A stretch of DNA of 61,993 bases, counting the filler. It is 4 parts of 4 records of this genome, joined end to end, with 100 filler letters (N's around TTAATTAATTAA, not from the genome) between each part and the next. Parts side by side here need not be neighbours in the genome. Positions count along the whole stretch, not along the records: positions 22,190 to 46,931 come from DRR378314_350; positions 47,032 to 52,203 come from DRR378314_352; 2 more parts are not named here. One strand, written 5' to 3'. Below the pieces are notes generated by a model. The model searched no databases and was not told the DNA's origin. It saw nothing but the letters and a program-made list of their open reading frames with translations. Numbering within the stretch: position 1 is the stretch's first letter; every line of letters begins with the position of its first letter. Position numbers and translations under genes: made by a program. Positions 40,669-50,219 of this stretch are shown piece after piece.

Positions 40669-41689
40669 GGTCACGTCCCGCGCCCTGCCCCGACACCGGA
40701 CGCCGCATCGGCTGACCTGGCTGGCAGCCGGGTTGTTCGTACTGGTTCTGAGCGTCTTGCTGGCATTGCGGATGGGCGCGCGCCCGGTCAGCTGGGGCGA
40801 TATCTGGCAGTCACTGGTGGCTTATGACCCCGATACGCCGGATCATATTGTCATCTGGCAGATCCGCCTGCCACGCGTGGTGGGCGCGCTGCTCTGCGGC
40901 GGCAGCCTGGGCGTGGCAGGCACCCTGATGCAGGCGCTCACCCGCAATCCGCTGGCCGATCCCGGCCTGTTGGGAGTGAACGCCGGTGCCGCGCTTGGCG
41001 TGGTGCTCTGCACCATTGCGCTGGGGATCACCGATCCTGCACAGTTCATCTGGGCCGCTCTTGGAGGGGCCGCACTGGCCTCGGGTCTTGTCTTCACGCT
41101 GGGTGGCAACGCCCCGTCACGTACCGGACGCCTGATCCTCGCCGGGGCGGCCGTGAGCGCCCTTTTCTACGCCTTGATCCGCGGCCTATTGCTGGTCAGC
41201 CGATCCTCGCTGGAGGTCTATCGCGTTTGGGTTCTGGGCGGTTTCGACAACGTCACGCTGGACATGGTTTCGACCCTGCTGCCGTTCCTGATCGTGGGGC
41301 TCCTGCTGGCCTTTGTCGCCGGGTTCAGCCTCAACGCGCTGCAACTGGGCGAAAGCACGGCCCAGGGCCTCGGCGTTCGGGTCGGCCTGCTGCAACTGCT
41401 CACCGGAACGGCCATCGTGATCTTGTGCGGCACAACCGTCGCGATGGCCGGTCCCATTGCGTTCATTGGCTTGATCGTGCCGCACCTTGCACGGGCAACC
41501 GCCCCGGCCGATATACGCTGGCTGTCGCTTTATGGCGCGGTCTATGGGGCACTTCTGATGGGCCTGGCCGATATTCTTGCCCGATCAGCCCTGTTCTCCG
41601 GACATATGCAGGCGGGGGTGATGTCCGCGATCCTCGGCGGGCCGGTCCTGATCTGGCTGGTCCGCAGCAAGGGAGTGCGCGCGCTATGA
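40658..41689 (+). CDS. FecCD-family iron-siderophore permease
   Basis: RLPRVV, QALTRNPLADPGLLGVNAGA, GPIAFIGL; RBS AGGAGG. Confidence 0.93.
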   Translation: MTAEVTSRALPRHRTPHRLTWLAAGLFVLVLSVLLALRMGARPVSWGDIWQSLVAYDPDTPDHIVIWQIRLPRVVGALLCGGSLGVAGTLMQALTRNPLADPGLLGVNAGAALGVVLCTIALGITDPAQFIWAALGGAALASGLVFTLGGNAPSRTGRLILAGAAVSALFYALIRGLLLVSRSSLEVYRVWVLGGFDNVTLDMVSTLLPFLIVGLLLAFVAGFSLNALQLGESTAQGLGVRVGLLQLLTGTAIVILCGTTVAMAGPIAFIGLIVPHLARATAPADIRWLSLYGAVYGALLMGLADILARSALFSGHMQAGVMSAILGGPVLIWLVRSKGVRAL

Positions 41690-42720
41690 CCTATACCCTT
41701 CGCCTCGGCACACTGTCGCTGCAACTGGCACGACGCAACCTGTTGGTCGGGCTCGGCCTGATGCTATTGGTTCTGACCGGCGGTCTTGCGGCCCTGCACA
41801 TGGGCAGCTTTCCGGTTGGCGCAGCGGACCTGTGGACCGCGCTGCGCGGCGACATGGAAGACATCACCCGGATGATCCTGCTCGATCATCGCCTGCCACG
41901 CGTGCTGGTCGCCGTTGGGGCGGGGGCAGCATTTGGCCTGTCCGGTGCGATCTTCCAGTCCATGCTGCGCAATCCGATGGCCTCGCCGGATGTGATCGGG
42001 TTCAACGCCGGCGCCAGCTGCGGCGCGGTGCTGGCGATCCTGCTGTTCGGTTCAGTCCGCTTTGTGCTGCCCTGGGCGTTGACGGGAGGGCTGCTGACGG
42101 CGGCATTGGTGCTGGTGCTGGCCTGGGACAGGCGGCGCGGCACGGGTCTCGATCCCTATCGGCTGATCCTTGTGGGGATCGGTGCCAGCCTGACCTTGGG
42201 CGCGACCAGTGACCTGTTGATGAGCATGACGGACGAACAGCGTGCCGCTGATATGGCGCAATGGCTGACCGGTACGCTCAACGCGCGCAATCTGACAGAT
42301 GCCGCGCTGATCTGGGGCGGTCTGCTTCTGTTGTTCCCCGTGCTTCTCTGGCTGCAGTTCCCCCTCAGCCGTCTGACCATGAACGACGATATCGTGCAGG
42401 GGTTCGGCCTACGTCTGGCCGGCCTTCGGTTGGTCATCACCTGTGTTGGCGTGCTCCTTGCCGCGCTTGCGGTCAGCGTCGCCGGACCACTGCCCTTTGT
42501 CGCCTTTGTTGCGGGGCCCGTGGCACGTCGCCTGCTTGACACCGGCGCACCGGTTCTCGCGGCCGCGGCACTTGTGGGCGCCTTGGTCACCCTCGGCGCG
42601 GACACCGCCGCCCGTCTCGTACCAGTGGTGCAACTGCCTGCCGGTGTCTTCACCGCCGTGATCGGTGCGCCGGTTCTCATGTGGCTTCTGGTCGCCCAAT
42701 TTCGCAAAGGAGCCCTCTAG
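41686..42720 (+). CDS. FecCD-family iron-siderophore permease
   Basis: Start MTYTLRL (ATGA overlap); RLPRVL, RNPMASPDVIG, LPAGVFTAVIGAP. Confidence 0.93.
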   Translation: MTYTLRLGTLSLQLARRNLLVGLGLMLLVLTGGLAALHMGSFPVGAADLWTALRGDMEDITRMILLDHRLPRVLVAVGAGAAFGLSGAIFQSMLRNPMASPDVIGFNAGASCGAVLAILLFGSVRFVLPWALTGGLLTAALVLVLAWDRRRGTGLDPYRLILVGIGASLTLGATSDLLMSMTDEQRAADMAQWLTGTLNARNLTDAALIWGGLLLLFPVLLWLQFPLSRLTMNDDIVQGFGLRLAGLRLVITCVGVLLAALAVSVAGPLPFVAFVAGPVARRLLDTGAPVLAAAALVGALVTLGADTAARLVPVVQLPAGVFTAVIGAPVLMWLLVAQFRKGAL

Positions 42721-42723
42721 ATC

Positions 42724-43506
42724 ATGAGCGCCCAACCTCGCCTCGCCGCCCGGGACCTGAGCGTCCGCTTTGCCCATAACACGGTTCTCGACCAGCTCTC
42801 TGTCGATCTGCCCGACGGCGCAGTGACCGCCATCGTCGGTCCAAACGCCTGCGGCAAGTCGACCCTGCTGCGCAGCCTCGCCCGCCTGCAGAAGGCGGGC
42901 ACCGGGCAAGTCATCCTCGATGGGCAGTGCATCGCCAGCCAGAACAGCAAATCCGTTGCACGGCGTCTTGCCATCCTGTCGCAGTCACCTGTCGCTCCGG
43001 AGGGGCTGACAATCCGCGATCTGGTACTGCGCGGTCGCACCCCGCATCAATCGGCCTGGCGCCAGCATTCGGTCGAAGACGCTGCCGCCGTGGCCGCTGC
43101 CCTTGCGGCGACGGGATTGGACGGCATGGAACACCGGTCGCTCGATACCCTGTCGGGTGGCCAGCGTCAGCGCGCCTGGATCGCCATGGCCCTGGCGCAG
43201 GACACACAGTTGCTGCTGCTGGACGAACCCACCACATTCCTTGACCTGCCGCATCAGATCGAACTTCTGGAACTGGTGCGCAGGCTGAACCAACAGACCG
43301 AGCGCACGGTTGCCATGGTCCTGCACGACATCAACCTTGCGGCGCGCTACTGCGATCACATCATCGCGCTGCGCGGTGGACACGTGCACAGCCAGGGCAG
43401 CCCCAAAGACGTCATCACAGAGACCATGATGCAGGAGGTCTTTGCCCTGCCCTGCACCATCATCGCCGATCCGAACCACGCCACCCCCCACGTCATTCCA
43501 ACCTGA
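42724..43506 (+). CDS. iron-siderophore ABC ATPase (FepC/FhuC-like)
   Basis: GPNACGKST, LSGGQRQRAWIA, LDEPTTFLD, VLHDINLA. Confidence 0.94.
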   Translation: MSAQPRLAARDLSVRFAHNTVLDQLSVDLPDGAVTAIVGPNACGKSTLLRSLARLQKAGTGQVILDGQCIASQNSKSVARRLAILSQSPVAPEGLTIRDLVLRGRTPHQSAWRQHSVEDAAAVAAALAATGLDGMEHRSLDTLSGGQRQRAWIAMALAQDTQLLLLDEPTTFLDLPHQIELLELVRRLNQQTERTVAMVLHDINLAARYCDHIIALRGGHVHSQGSPKDVITETMMQEVFALPCTIIADPNHATPHVIPT

Positions 43507-43518
43507 GAAGGCTCTACC

Positions 43519-44589
43519 ATGTCCATGCAAGAGAGATTTTCCTTCGAAGCGCAGACCCTGTTGCCCGGCCTGTCCTTTCCCGTCATCCGCAGCGTGATTC
43601 ATCAGCGCGCGCAAGAGTTTGACCTGCCGGTGGTGATCGACAGCGACGACGAGGTGCAGATCGAGACCACATATGGCAACTACAGCCTTCAGCGCCGCGA
43701 CGAGTATTCCCTGGCCAGGATCGGGTCCCCTCGTGCGGATTGGCTCTATGTGCTGAAGGAAAGCCTCAGCGATACGATCGAGCACCTCGCCCCGGAGATC
43801 GCCGCAGAAATCTGCTGGTCCGATGCACAGGAAAGCGCCGGCCGCCGGCCACCGAATTTCCAGTTCATCACCGTCGAACAGGTCGAGAAGATCCCCGGCT
43901 CATTTCTCCGCGTCACCGCGCAGGCAGAGGATCTGACCCATTTCACGACGGATGCAATTCACTTCCGCCTGGCCCTGCCGAACCCGGCTCTGGACACGCC
44001 GCAATGGCCCTATCTGTCGGAGACCGGTCAAACGATCTGGCCCAAGGGAGACGCCACGCTTCACCGCCCAGTTTATACGGTCCGCGCGTTGGATGTCACA
44101 ACCGGACGCTTGGTCTTCGACATCTTTGAACATGACGGCGGACGGGCCACCGAATGGGCGCGCAGCGTCAGCCCTGGTTGCCGTGTTGGCCTGACCGGCC
44201 CCGGCGGCGGCGGCATCCCGGAGGTCGAGACGATCATGATCTATGCCGATGAAACCGGATTTCCCGCCGTCGCACGTATCCTCGACGCCCTCGGCCCCAA
44301 GGCCTCCGGCCGCGTGGTGCTGGAGCTGACCACCCCCGAAAGCGCGGACTATCCAATGCCGCATCACCCCGGAATGCGCATCGAGCATTACGGTTCGAAC
44401 GCCGGGGACCTGGGGGATCTCGCGATTGCGACGCTTGCGAATACGCCGGGCCATATGGTCTGGCTGGCCGCAGAAAAGAGCGCAGCCCAGAAAGTCCGGG
44501 CGCATTTGAAATCTGCCGGCCTCAACGCCAAGGATCACTATATTGCCGCCTATTGGACCCGACAGGCGGAGTCTGATGCACAGCCTTAA
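43519..44589 (+). CDS. siderophore-interacting protein (ViuB/YqjH-like) with N-terminal extra domain
   Basis: RPVYTVR, DIFEH..GRATEWA, GPGG, ADETGFPA, AYW. Confidence 0.9.
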   Translation: MSMQERFSFEAQTLLPGLSFPVIRSVIHQRAQEFDLPVVIDSDDEVQIETTYGNYSLQRRDEYSLARIGSPRADWLYVLKESLSDTIEHLAPEIAAEICWSDAQESAGRRPPNFQFITVEQVEKIPGSFLRVTAQAEDLTHFTTDAIHFRLALPNPALDTPQWPYLSETGQTIWPKGDATLHRPVYTVRALDVTTGRLVFDIFEHDGGRATEWARSVSPGCRVGLTGPGGGGIPEVETIMIYADETGFPAVARILDALGPKASGRVVLELTTPESADYPMPHHPGMRIEHYGSNAGDLGDLAIATLANTPGHMVWLAAEKSAAQKVRAHLKSAGLNAKDHYIAAYWTRQAESDAQP

Positions 44590-44754
44590 CTTGACAAAAA
44601 TGCTATGCTAAATTAGGCGCCAATCGTGGGGCCATTGCCTCTTTCTAGCCAATCACGGATCGCATGACCGCGCGCATCGTGTAGCCAAGCCATTCTGCCA
44701 GCACCCCGCTTACTGAGCGGGATCAGTGCCAGGCCTTGCTAGACGGAGCCGACA

Positions 44755-45753
44755 ATGAAAAAGTCCCTCGTTCTTACGACATTCCTGCTGCTGCCGGTGC
44801 TCGCCACGGCACAGACTGCGGCTCCGGACGCTCCCGCGACGCAAGCTCCTGTTCCTGACGTTGCCACCGATATGATGGCCCCTGCGGCACCGACCTCCCC
44901 GGACACGCCGGATACGCCGGTCACTGCAGAGACCACCACGGTGACGACAAGCGAGAGCCCTGCCACCGATGGGACGTCCGCAACTCCCTCGACGTCGCAG
45001 GCCTCCTCGACGTCAGACGCCCTGCCGGTCGCGCGCAGCAACGCGGACGATGAGTCATCTGCGGCATCCGAGCCAACGTCTGCTCAGGATCTGCCGTCAA
45101 TGGCGCGAGGCGCTTTTGACGAGGCCAAGACATTCCTGCGTGACGGCGGTCCCTCGATCTGGGCCATTGCCGCCCTGTCGGTCATCACGCTGGCGCTGAT
45201 CTTGTGGAAAATCTGGCGCCTCGCGCTGATCGGCGCCTGGTCGAAAGGCAAGGCCCGTCAAGCGGTCGCCGCCTATGAGGCAGGCGATGCGGACCGGGCG
45301 CTGACGCTGGTCCAGGGTCGCCGTGGCGTCCGGTCCAAGGTGGTTGCCGCGGCTCTGTCCGCGTTGAAGTCGATGCCTGATGCACATGCCCGCGAGGAAA
45401 CGGCCCGCGTCGCAAAACGCGAACTCGGATCGGCCCGCAGTGGCCTTGGCGCGCTGGAACTGATCTCCACCATTGCGCCGCTGCTGGGTCTCCTTGGCAC
45501 CGTTATGGGGATGATTGCGGCCTTTCAGGCGCTGCAGGCCGCCGGATCGAAGGCCGATCCCTCAATGCTGGCCGGTGGTATCTGGGAGGCGCTGCTGACC
45601 ACCGCTGCCGGTATGGCGGTTGCCATCCCTGCCTCTGCGGCGCTGACGTGGTTCGAGTCGGTCATCGACCGCATTCGCCGCGATGTCGAAGATGGGGCAA
45701 CCCGTCTGTTTGTCACCGAGAAACCGCAAACCATCCGACTTGCGGCGGAATGA
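44755..45753 (+). CDS. exbB: MotA/TolQ/ExbB proton channel protein
   Basis: IAPLLGLLGTVMGMI..F, LAGGIWEALLTTAAG; long N-terminal extension. Confidence 0.92.
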   Translation: MKKSLVLTTFLLLPVLATAQTAAPDAPATQAPVPDVATDMMAPAAPTSPDTPDTPVTAETTTVTTSESPATDGTSATPSTSQASSTSDALPVARSNADDESSAASEPTSAQDLPSMARGAFDEAKTFLRDGGPSIWAIAALSVITLALILWKIWRLALIGAWSKGKARQAVAAYEAGDADRALTLVQGRRGVRSKVVAAALSALKSMPDAHAREETARVAKRELGSARSGLGALELISTIAPLLGLLGTVMGMIAAFQALQAAGSKADPSMLAGGIWEALLTTAAGMAVAIPASAALTWFESVIDRIRRDVEDGATRLFVTEKPQTIRLAAE

Positions 45754-45759
45754 CCCGCA

Positions 45760-46137
45760 ATGCTGTTCGACACCCCTGCCCGCCCCCGGCGCAAGCCGAG
45801 CCTCACGCCGATGATCGACGTGGTGTTCCTTTTGCTGGTGTTTTTCATGCTGGCGTCACGCTTTGGCATCGACGCGGCCTTGCCATTGCCGCTTGCGGCG
45901 GGTGGCGGTGAGTACACCGGCCCACCCCGCCTGATCGATGTGGCGCCGACCGAGGTCTATGTGAACGGCAGACCAGTGGCGGAAACCGAACTGGCGGTCG
46001 CACTGACGCCGTTGGTCGAGGACAAGGCCGACGTGCTGATCCTGCGCGGCAAGGACGGCGCGAGCCTGCAACGCATCGTGACCCTCACCGAAGTGCTGCG
46101 CGGCGAAGGGTTCACCTCCGTCGTGTTGGTGGAGTAG
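45760..46137 (+). CDS. exbD: biopolymer transporter ExbD
   Basis: LTPMIDVVFLLLVFFML. Confidence 0.92.
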   Translation: MLFDTPARPRRKPSLTPMIDVVFLLLVFFMLASRFGIDAALPLPLAAGGGEYTGPPRLIDVAPTEVYVNGRPVAETELAVALTPLVEDKADVLILRGKDGASLQRIVTLTEVLRGEGFTSVVLVE

Positions 46138-46143
46138 TCGTTG

Positions 46144-46527
46144 ATGGACCTGACAGACGCCCCCCGCCGCCCACGCGCGGAATCGATCGTTCCAATGATC
46201 AACGTGGTCTTCCTGCTGTTGATCTTCTTTCTGATGACGTCCCGCCTGGCCCAACCCGATCCCTTTGAGGTGAACCCACCCGAAGCAGATTTGGAGACAC
46301 CACTGGACGCCGACGCAACGCTCTATGTCGACAAAGCTGGCAGGTTGTCTTTTGACGGGCAGGACGGCGATGCGGCATTGGCCCGCCTAGCAGAACTCTC
46401 GTCAGCTGATGCCGTGCTGCAATTGCGGGCCGATGCAGAGCTTGAAGCGGCCACCGCCGCCGGATTGCTGAGGGATCTGTCGGCTGCCGGGTTTGCCCGC
46501 GTCGAACTGGTGGTGAGCCCGAAATGA
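46144..46527 (+). CDS. exbD: biopolymer transporter ExbD (second copy)
   Basis: IVPMINVVFLLLIFFLM; LRADA. Confidence 0.9.
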   Translation: MDLTDAPRRPRAESIVPMINVVFLLLIFFLMTSRLAQPDPFEVNPPEADLETPLDADATLYVDKAGRLSFDGQDGDAALARLAELSSADAVLQLRADAELEAATAAGLLRDLSAAGFARVELVVSPK

Positions 46528-46931
46528 AACATTGGATAGAAGGTAGCCTGTTTGCCGCGCTGGCGATCGCGGCGCATGTGGCAATTTTTGCAAACATCCC
46601 CGCCGATGGCAGCGAAGATGCTGGGGCGGGCGGTGAAGCCCTCATCTCGCTTGCCGGGGCCGCACCCACGGTCCGTGAGATGGTGCAAAAGTGGGAACGA
46701 CCGCCGGAAACACCCCCGGTTCTGGAAGAAACCCTCGACACGCCCGATATGGATATTGCGCCGCCAGAGCTGCCCCAGGTCGAAAGCGCGCCTGCGCCGC
46801 GGGCCGAAGTCCGGCTGGCCATGAGCGAACCGGAAGACACTGCGACACCGGAAATCGACACAACTCCGGCTCCTCCCCCGCCGGAACCAAAGCCTGAGCC
46901 GGAACCAGAACCAGAACCAGAACCAGAACCA
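46524..46931 (+). CDS. tonB: energy transducer TonB (3' truncated)
   Basis: N-terminal TM with His (AIAAHVA), Pro/Glu-rich spacer; follows exbBDD. Confidence 0.8.
46902..46931 (+). repeat. (GAACCA)5 tandem repeat encoding Glu-Pro, at the contig end
   Basis: Read directly; likely cause of the assembly break. Confidence 0.85.
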
Positions 46932-47031
46932 NNNNNNNNNNNNNNNNNNNNNNNNNNNNNNNNNNNNNNNNNNNNTTAATTAATTAANNNNNNNNNNNNN
47001 NNNNNNNNNNNNNNNNNNNNNNNNNNNNNNN
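46932..47031. other. artificial contig spacer
   Basis: N44-TTAATTAATTAA-N44. Confidence 0.99.
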
Positions 47032-47907
47032 CTCGTTCATCATGGTGAACATGGCGCGCATACCCTTGTGCATATCGCCCAGCAGCCAGCCTTTGGCGCC
47101 GTCGTAGTTCATCACGCAGGTGGAGTTGCCGTGGATGCCCATCTTCTCCTCGATCTTGCCGACGGAGACACCGTTTCGTTCGCCAACGGAGCCGTCGTCC
47201 TTCACCAGGAATTTCGGCACAATGAACAGCGATACGCCCTTGATGCCCTCGGGGCCGCCCGGGATCTTGGCCAACACCAGATGGATCACGTTGTCGGACA
47301 TGTCGTGATCGCCGGCGGAGATGAAGATCTTCTGGCCGGAGATCGCGTAGGAGCCATCGTCCTGCGGCTCTGCCTTGGTACGCATCAGCCCGAGGTCAGT
47401 GCCGCAATGGGGCTCCGTCAGGTTCATGGTGCCGGTCCATTCGCAGGAGACCATTTTGGGCAGATACTTGTCCTTCTGCTCATCGGTGCCATGCACCAAG
47501 ATCGCCGAGGCCGCGCCATGGGTCAGGCCCTGATACATGGTGAAGGCCTGGTTGGCCGCGGAGAAGAACTCACCCACGGCGGTGCCCATCACATAGGGCA
47601 TGTTCTGACCACCGTATTGCTCCGGCATGTCGAGACCGGGCCAGCCGCCTTCCTGTACTTGCTCGAATGCGGCCTTAAAGCCGGTCGGGGTGTAGACCAC
47701 ACCGTTTTCCAGTCGGCAGCCTTCGGTGTCGCCCACCACGTTCAGCGGGTGCAGCACGTCACGGGCGATCTTGCCTGCTTCTTCCAGCACGGCGCCGGTG
47801 AAGTCGCGTTCCAGTTCGTCGTAGCCGGGGATGCCCGACTCCTTGATGTTCAGCACGTCATGCAGGACAAATTGTGTGTCCTTGGTGGGGGCGGTATAGC
47901 TCGGCAT
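47032..47907 (-). CDS. acyl-CoA dehydrogenase (3' truncated)
   Basis: Start [51 protein letters not shown]. Confidence 0.95.
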
Positions 47908-47972
47908 CGCGGTCCTCGTTGGTTGGAGTGGTGCGGTTTGCGGATTCAATCAGGCGGGCAGGGCGGTGAGGG

Positions 47973-48374
47973 CTACTCGGCCGCCTTGGCGTTTGTTTTC
48001 ATCGAGGCGATGACTTTCTCGCCCCATTTCAGCTGATCCTTCAGGTCATCAATCGCCTCGGTCAGCTCGTCGCGCTGGCGTTCCATGTCGGCCAGACGGT
48101 CCTGGGCAATCTCATAGGTGCGGCTCAGCTGCGTCAGCTGCTGGTCACCCATGTGATAGAGATCCAGAAGCTGGCGGATTTCCTCGAGACTGAAGCCGAA
48201 GCGCTTGCCGCGCAGGATCAGTTTCAGCCGCGCCCGGTCGCGTTTGGTGAACAGCCGCTTCTGTCCGTCCCGGATCGGGAACAGCAATTCCTTGGCTTCG
48301 TAAAATCGCAACGTGCGCGGAGTCACTCCGAACTCGTCACACATATCGCGAATGGATTTGGTGTCTTCAGTCAT
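47973..48374 (-). CDS. MerR family regulator, LiuR-like
   Basis: FGVTPRTLRFYE...RDRARLKLILRGKRFGFSLEEI. Confidence 0.92.
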   Translation of the reverse strand: MTEDTKSIRDMCDEFGVTPRTLRFYEAKELLFPIRDGQKRLFTKRDRARLKLILRGKRFGFSLEEIRQLLDLYHMGDQQLTQLSRTYEIAQDRLADMERQRDELTEAIDDLKDQLKWGEKVIASMKTNAKAAE

Positions 48375-48455
48375 GGGGCGTCACTCAGATGTTGCTTTAC
48401 GTTTGCGTCGTCTGCGTAAACCTTGGCGGCTCTTGTCGAGAGTTACAACATGAAC

Positions 48456-48471
48456 TTGACGTTTACGTAAC
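48456..48471. promoter_or_regulatory. LiuR-type operator
   Basis: TTGACGTTTACGTAAC (ACGT-N2-ACGT core); weaker copy TTTACGTTTGCGTC at 48396-48409. Confidence 0.65.
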
Positions 48472-48677
48472 TCCGACGCCGCGTCATTTTGAGGGGTGAC
48501 GTGGTGGCAGGGCGAATTGACGTGACGTTTTGGGGAAAAGCCAAAAATTTTAGAGGTTAAATCAGCGTCATGTATCCGTAATGCATGCGCAAACAGGCGG
48601 ATTTAAGTTTGCCAATAGGCCCCTATGACATGCATCTGTCGATGAGATACAGCCACAGCACGAGAGGGAGCAGTAAC

Positions 48678-49217
48678 GTGATACCACAGCGCATTGTTCT
48701 TAGCGGTCCGGGCGGCGTGGGAAAAACGACGCTTGCCGAGACACTAAATCGAAAACTCGGCTACCCGCACGTGGACTTAGACGACGTTTTCTGTCGGGAC
48801 ATTCAAAACATTCGCGAATTTATCCGAGAAAAGGGTTATGCGGCATACGCCCGACGAAACGGACAACTGCTCCTCGAGATATTGTCTGGCACACCAAGAC
48901 CCGTGATCTTGTCCTTGTCTTCGGGAGTGTTCAGTCACGATATGGAGGCGTCGATGCGATCAGAATTGGTGACTGCGATTGCAACCGATGCAATTGTGCT
49001 TCTTATCGTTCCCCATGTGTCGGATGAGATTGCTGCACAGATCGTTGCGACGCGTCAGGTCGGTCGCGGATACGGTCTGTCCTACGAGCCAGAGAGATTA
49101 AAGTACCTTCGGCGCATCCGTGAATATCGACAGCTTGGTTTTTCTCAATGCGTGGTGCCTGAAATCACACCTCACTCGATAGAGGACGTGATCCAACATA
49201 TATCCGCATGTCCTTAA
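48678..49217 (+). CDS. shikimate-kinase-like P-loop kinase
   Basis: GTG start with GAGGGAG RBS; GPGGVGKTT, VDLD, IREKGYAAY, LSLSSG. Confidence 0.75.
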   Translation: MIPQRIVLSGPGGVGKTTLAETLNRKLGYPHVDLDDVFCRDIQNIREFIREKGYAAYARRNGQLLLEILSGTPRPVILSLSSGVFSHDMEASMRSELVTAIATDAIVLLIVPHVSDEIAAQIVATRQVGRGYGLSYEPERLKYLRRIREYRQLGFSQCVVPEITPHSIEDVIQHISACP

Positions 49218-49299
49218 ACGCGCCGAAGTTGCTTAGGACGCTCAGGATTAAGTATCCAGAGACGCGGGACCATCCTGGTGCTCTCGGAGTGCGAAGGAG

Positions 49300-49671
49300 C
49301 TAGTCAGGTAACAAATCCAGCGTCACCTTGCGCAGGTCGGTCAGCTCTTCCATCGCCTCGTTGATTTGCTGGCGCTGGAGCTCCAGTTCCTTCAGTTGCC
49401 GGTCGGCCATCTCGATAAAGGCGCGGTTTTGCGCTTCGTCGCCTTCCTTGTCGTAGATCAGCAACCATTGGCGGATCTCTTCGAGCTGAAAGCCGAACTT
49501 GCGCCCGCGCAGGATCAGCTTCATCCGCGCCACTTCGCGCGCGCCGTAAAACCGTGAACGCCCCTGACGTTCGGGCTGCAACAGCTCGATATATTCATAG
49601 TACCGAAGGGTGCGCGGCGTCACATCGAACTCGGCACACATCTCCTTGAATGACAGTTTTGTCTCGGTCAT
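49300..49671 (-). CDS. MerR family regulator, LiuR-like paralog
   Basis: Start MTETKLSF; FDVTPRTLRYYE...RMKLILRGRKFGFQLEEIRQWL. Confidence 0.92.
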   Translation of the reverse strand: MTETKLSFKEMCAEFDVTPRTLRYYEYIELLQPERQGRSRFYGAREVARMKLILRGRKFGFQLEEIRQWLLIYDKEGDEAQNRAFIEMADRQLKELELQRQQINEAMEELTDLRKVTLDLLPD

Positions 49672-49796
49672 CCATGTCCTCCCTTGCTCGGGCAACCTAA
49701 GCATCTGAACCGAGCGGTGCAACTGGGAGTTTTGCAAGCCTTGCGCTTTGGCAAGGAGCGTCTGATAAAAGAGCCGATAGCGGTAAGGAGCATCCG

Positions 49797-50219
49797 ATGG
49801 CAGACAAGACCCAATTGGCGCGCCAGTTCATTGAGGCGATCCCGCATTCGCGTGCGCTGGGGATGGAGCTGACAGAGATCGGCGAGGGGCGTGCGGTGAT
49901 CGTGATGCCCTACGACAAGAAGCTGATCGGCGATCCGGACACCGGTGTGATCCATGGCGGCGCGGTCTCGGCGCTGATGGACACCTGCTGTGGTGCGGCG
50001 GTGATGAGTCACCCGAGCGCGCCCTCCAGTACCGCCACCATCGACCTTCGCATCGACTATATGCGTGGCGCAACGCCGGGTCAGACCATCACCACCACCG
50101 CCACCTGTCACCACGTGACCCGCAATGTCGCCTTTGTGCGCGCGGTGGCGACGGATGAGCAGAGCGAGACACCCGTGGCCACCGCCTCCGGCGCTTTCAC
50201 AGTGGAGATGAAATCATGA
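49797..50219 (+). CDS. PaaI family thioesterase
   Basis: GVIHGGAVSALMDTCCG, ATIDLRIDY; RBS AAGGAG. Confidence 0.92.
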   Translation: MADKTQLARQFIEAIPHSRALGMELTEIGEGRAVIVMPYDKKLIGDPDTGVIHGGAVSALMDTCCGAAVMSHPSAPSSTATIDLRIDYMRGATPGQTITTTATCHHVTRNVAFVRAVATDEQSETPVATASGAFTVEMKS

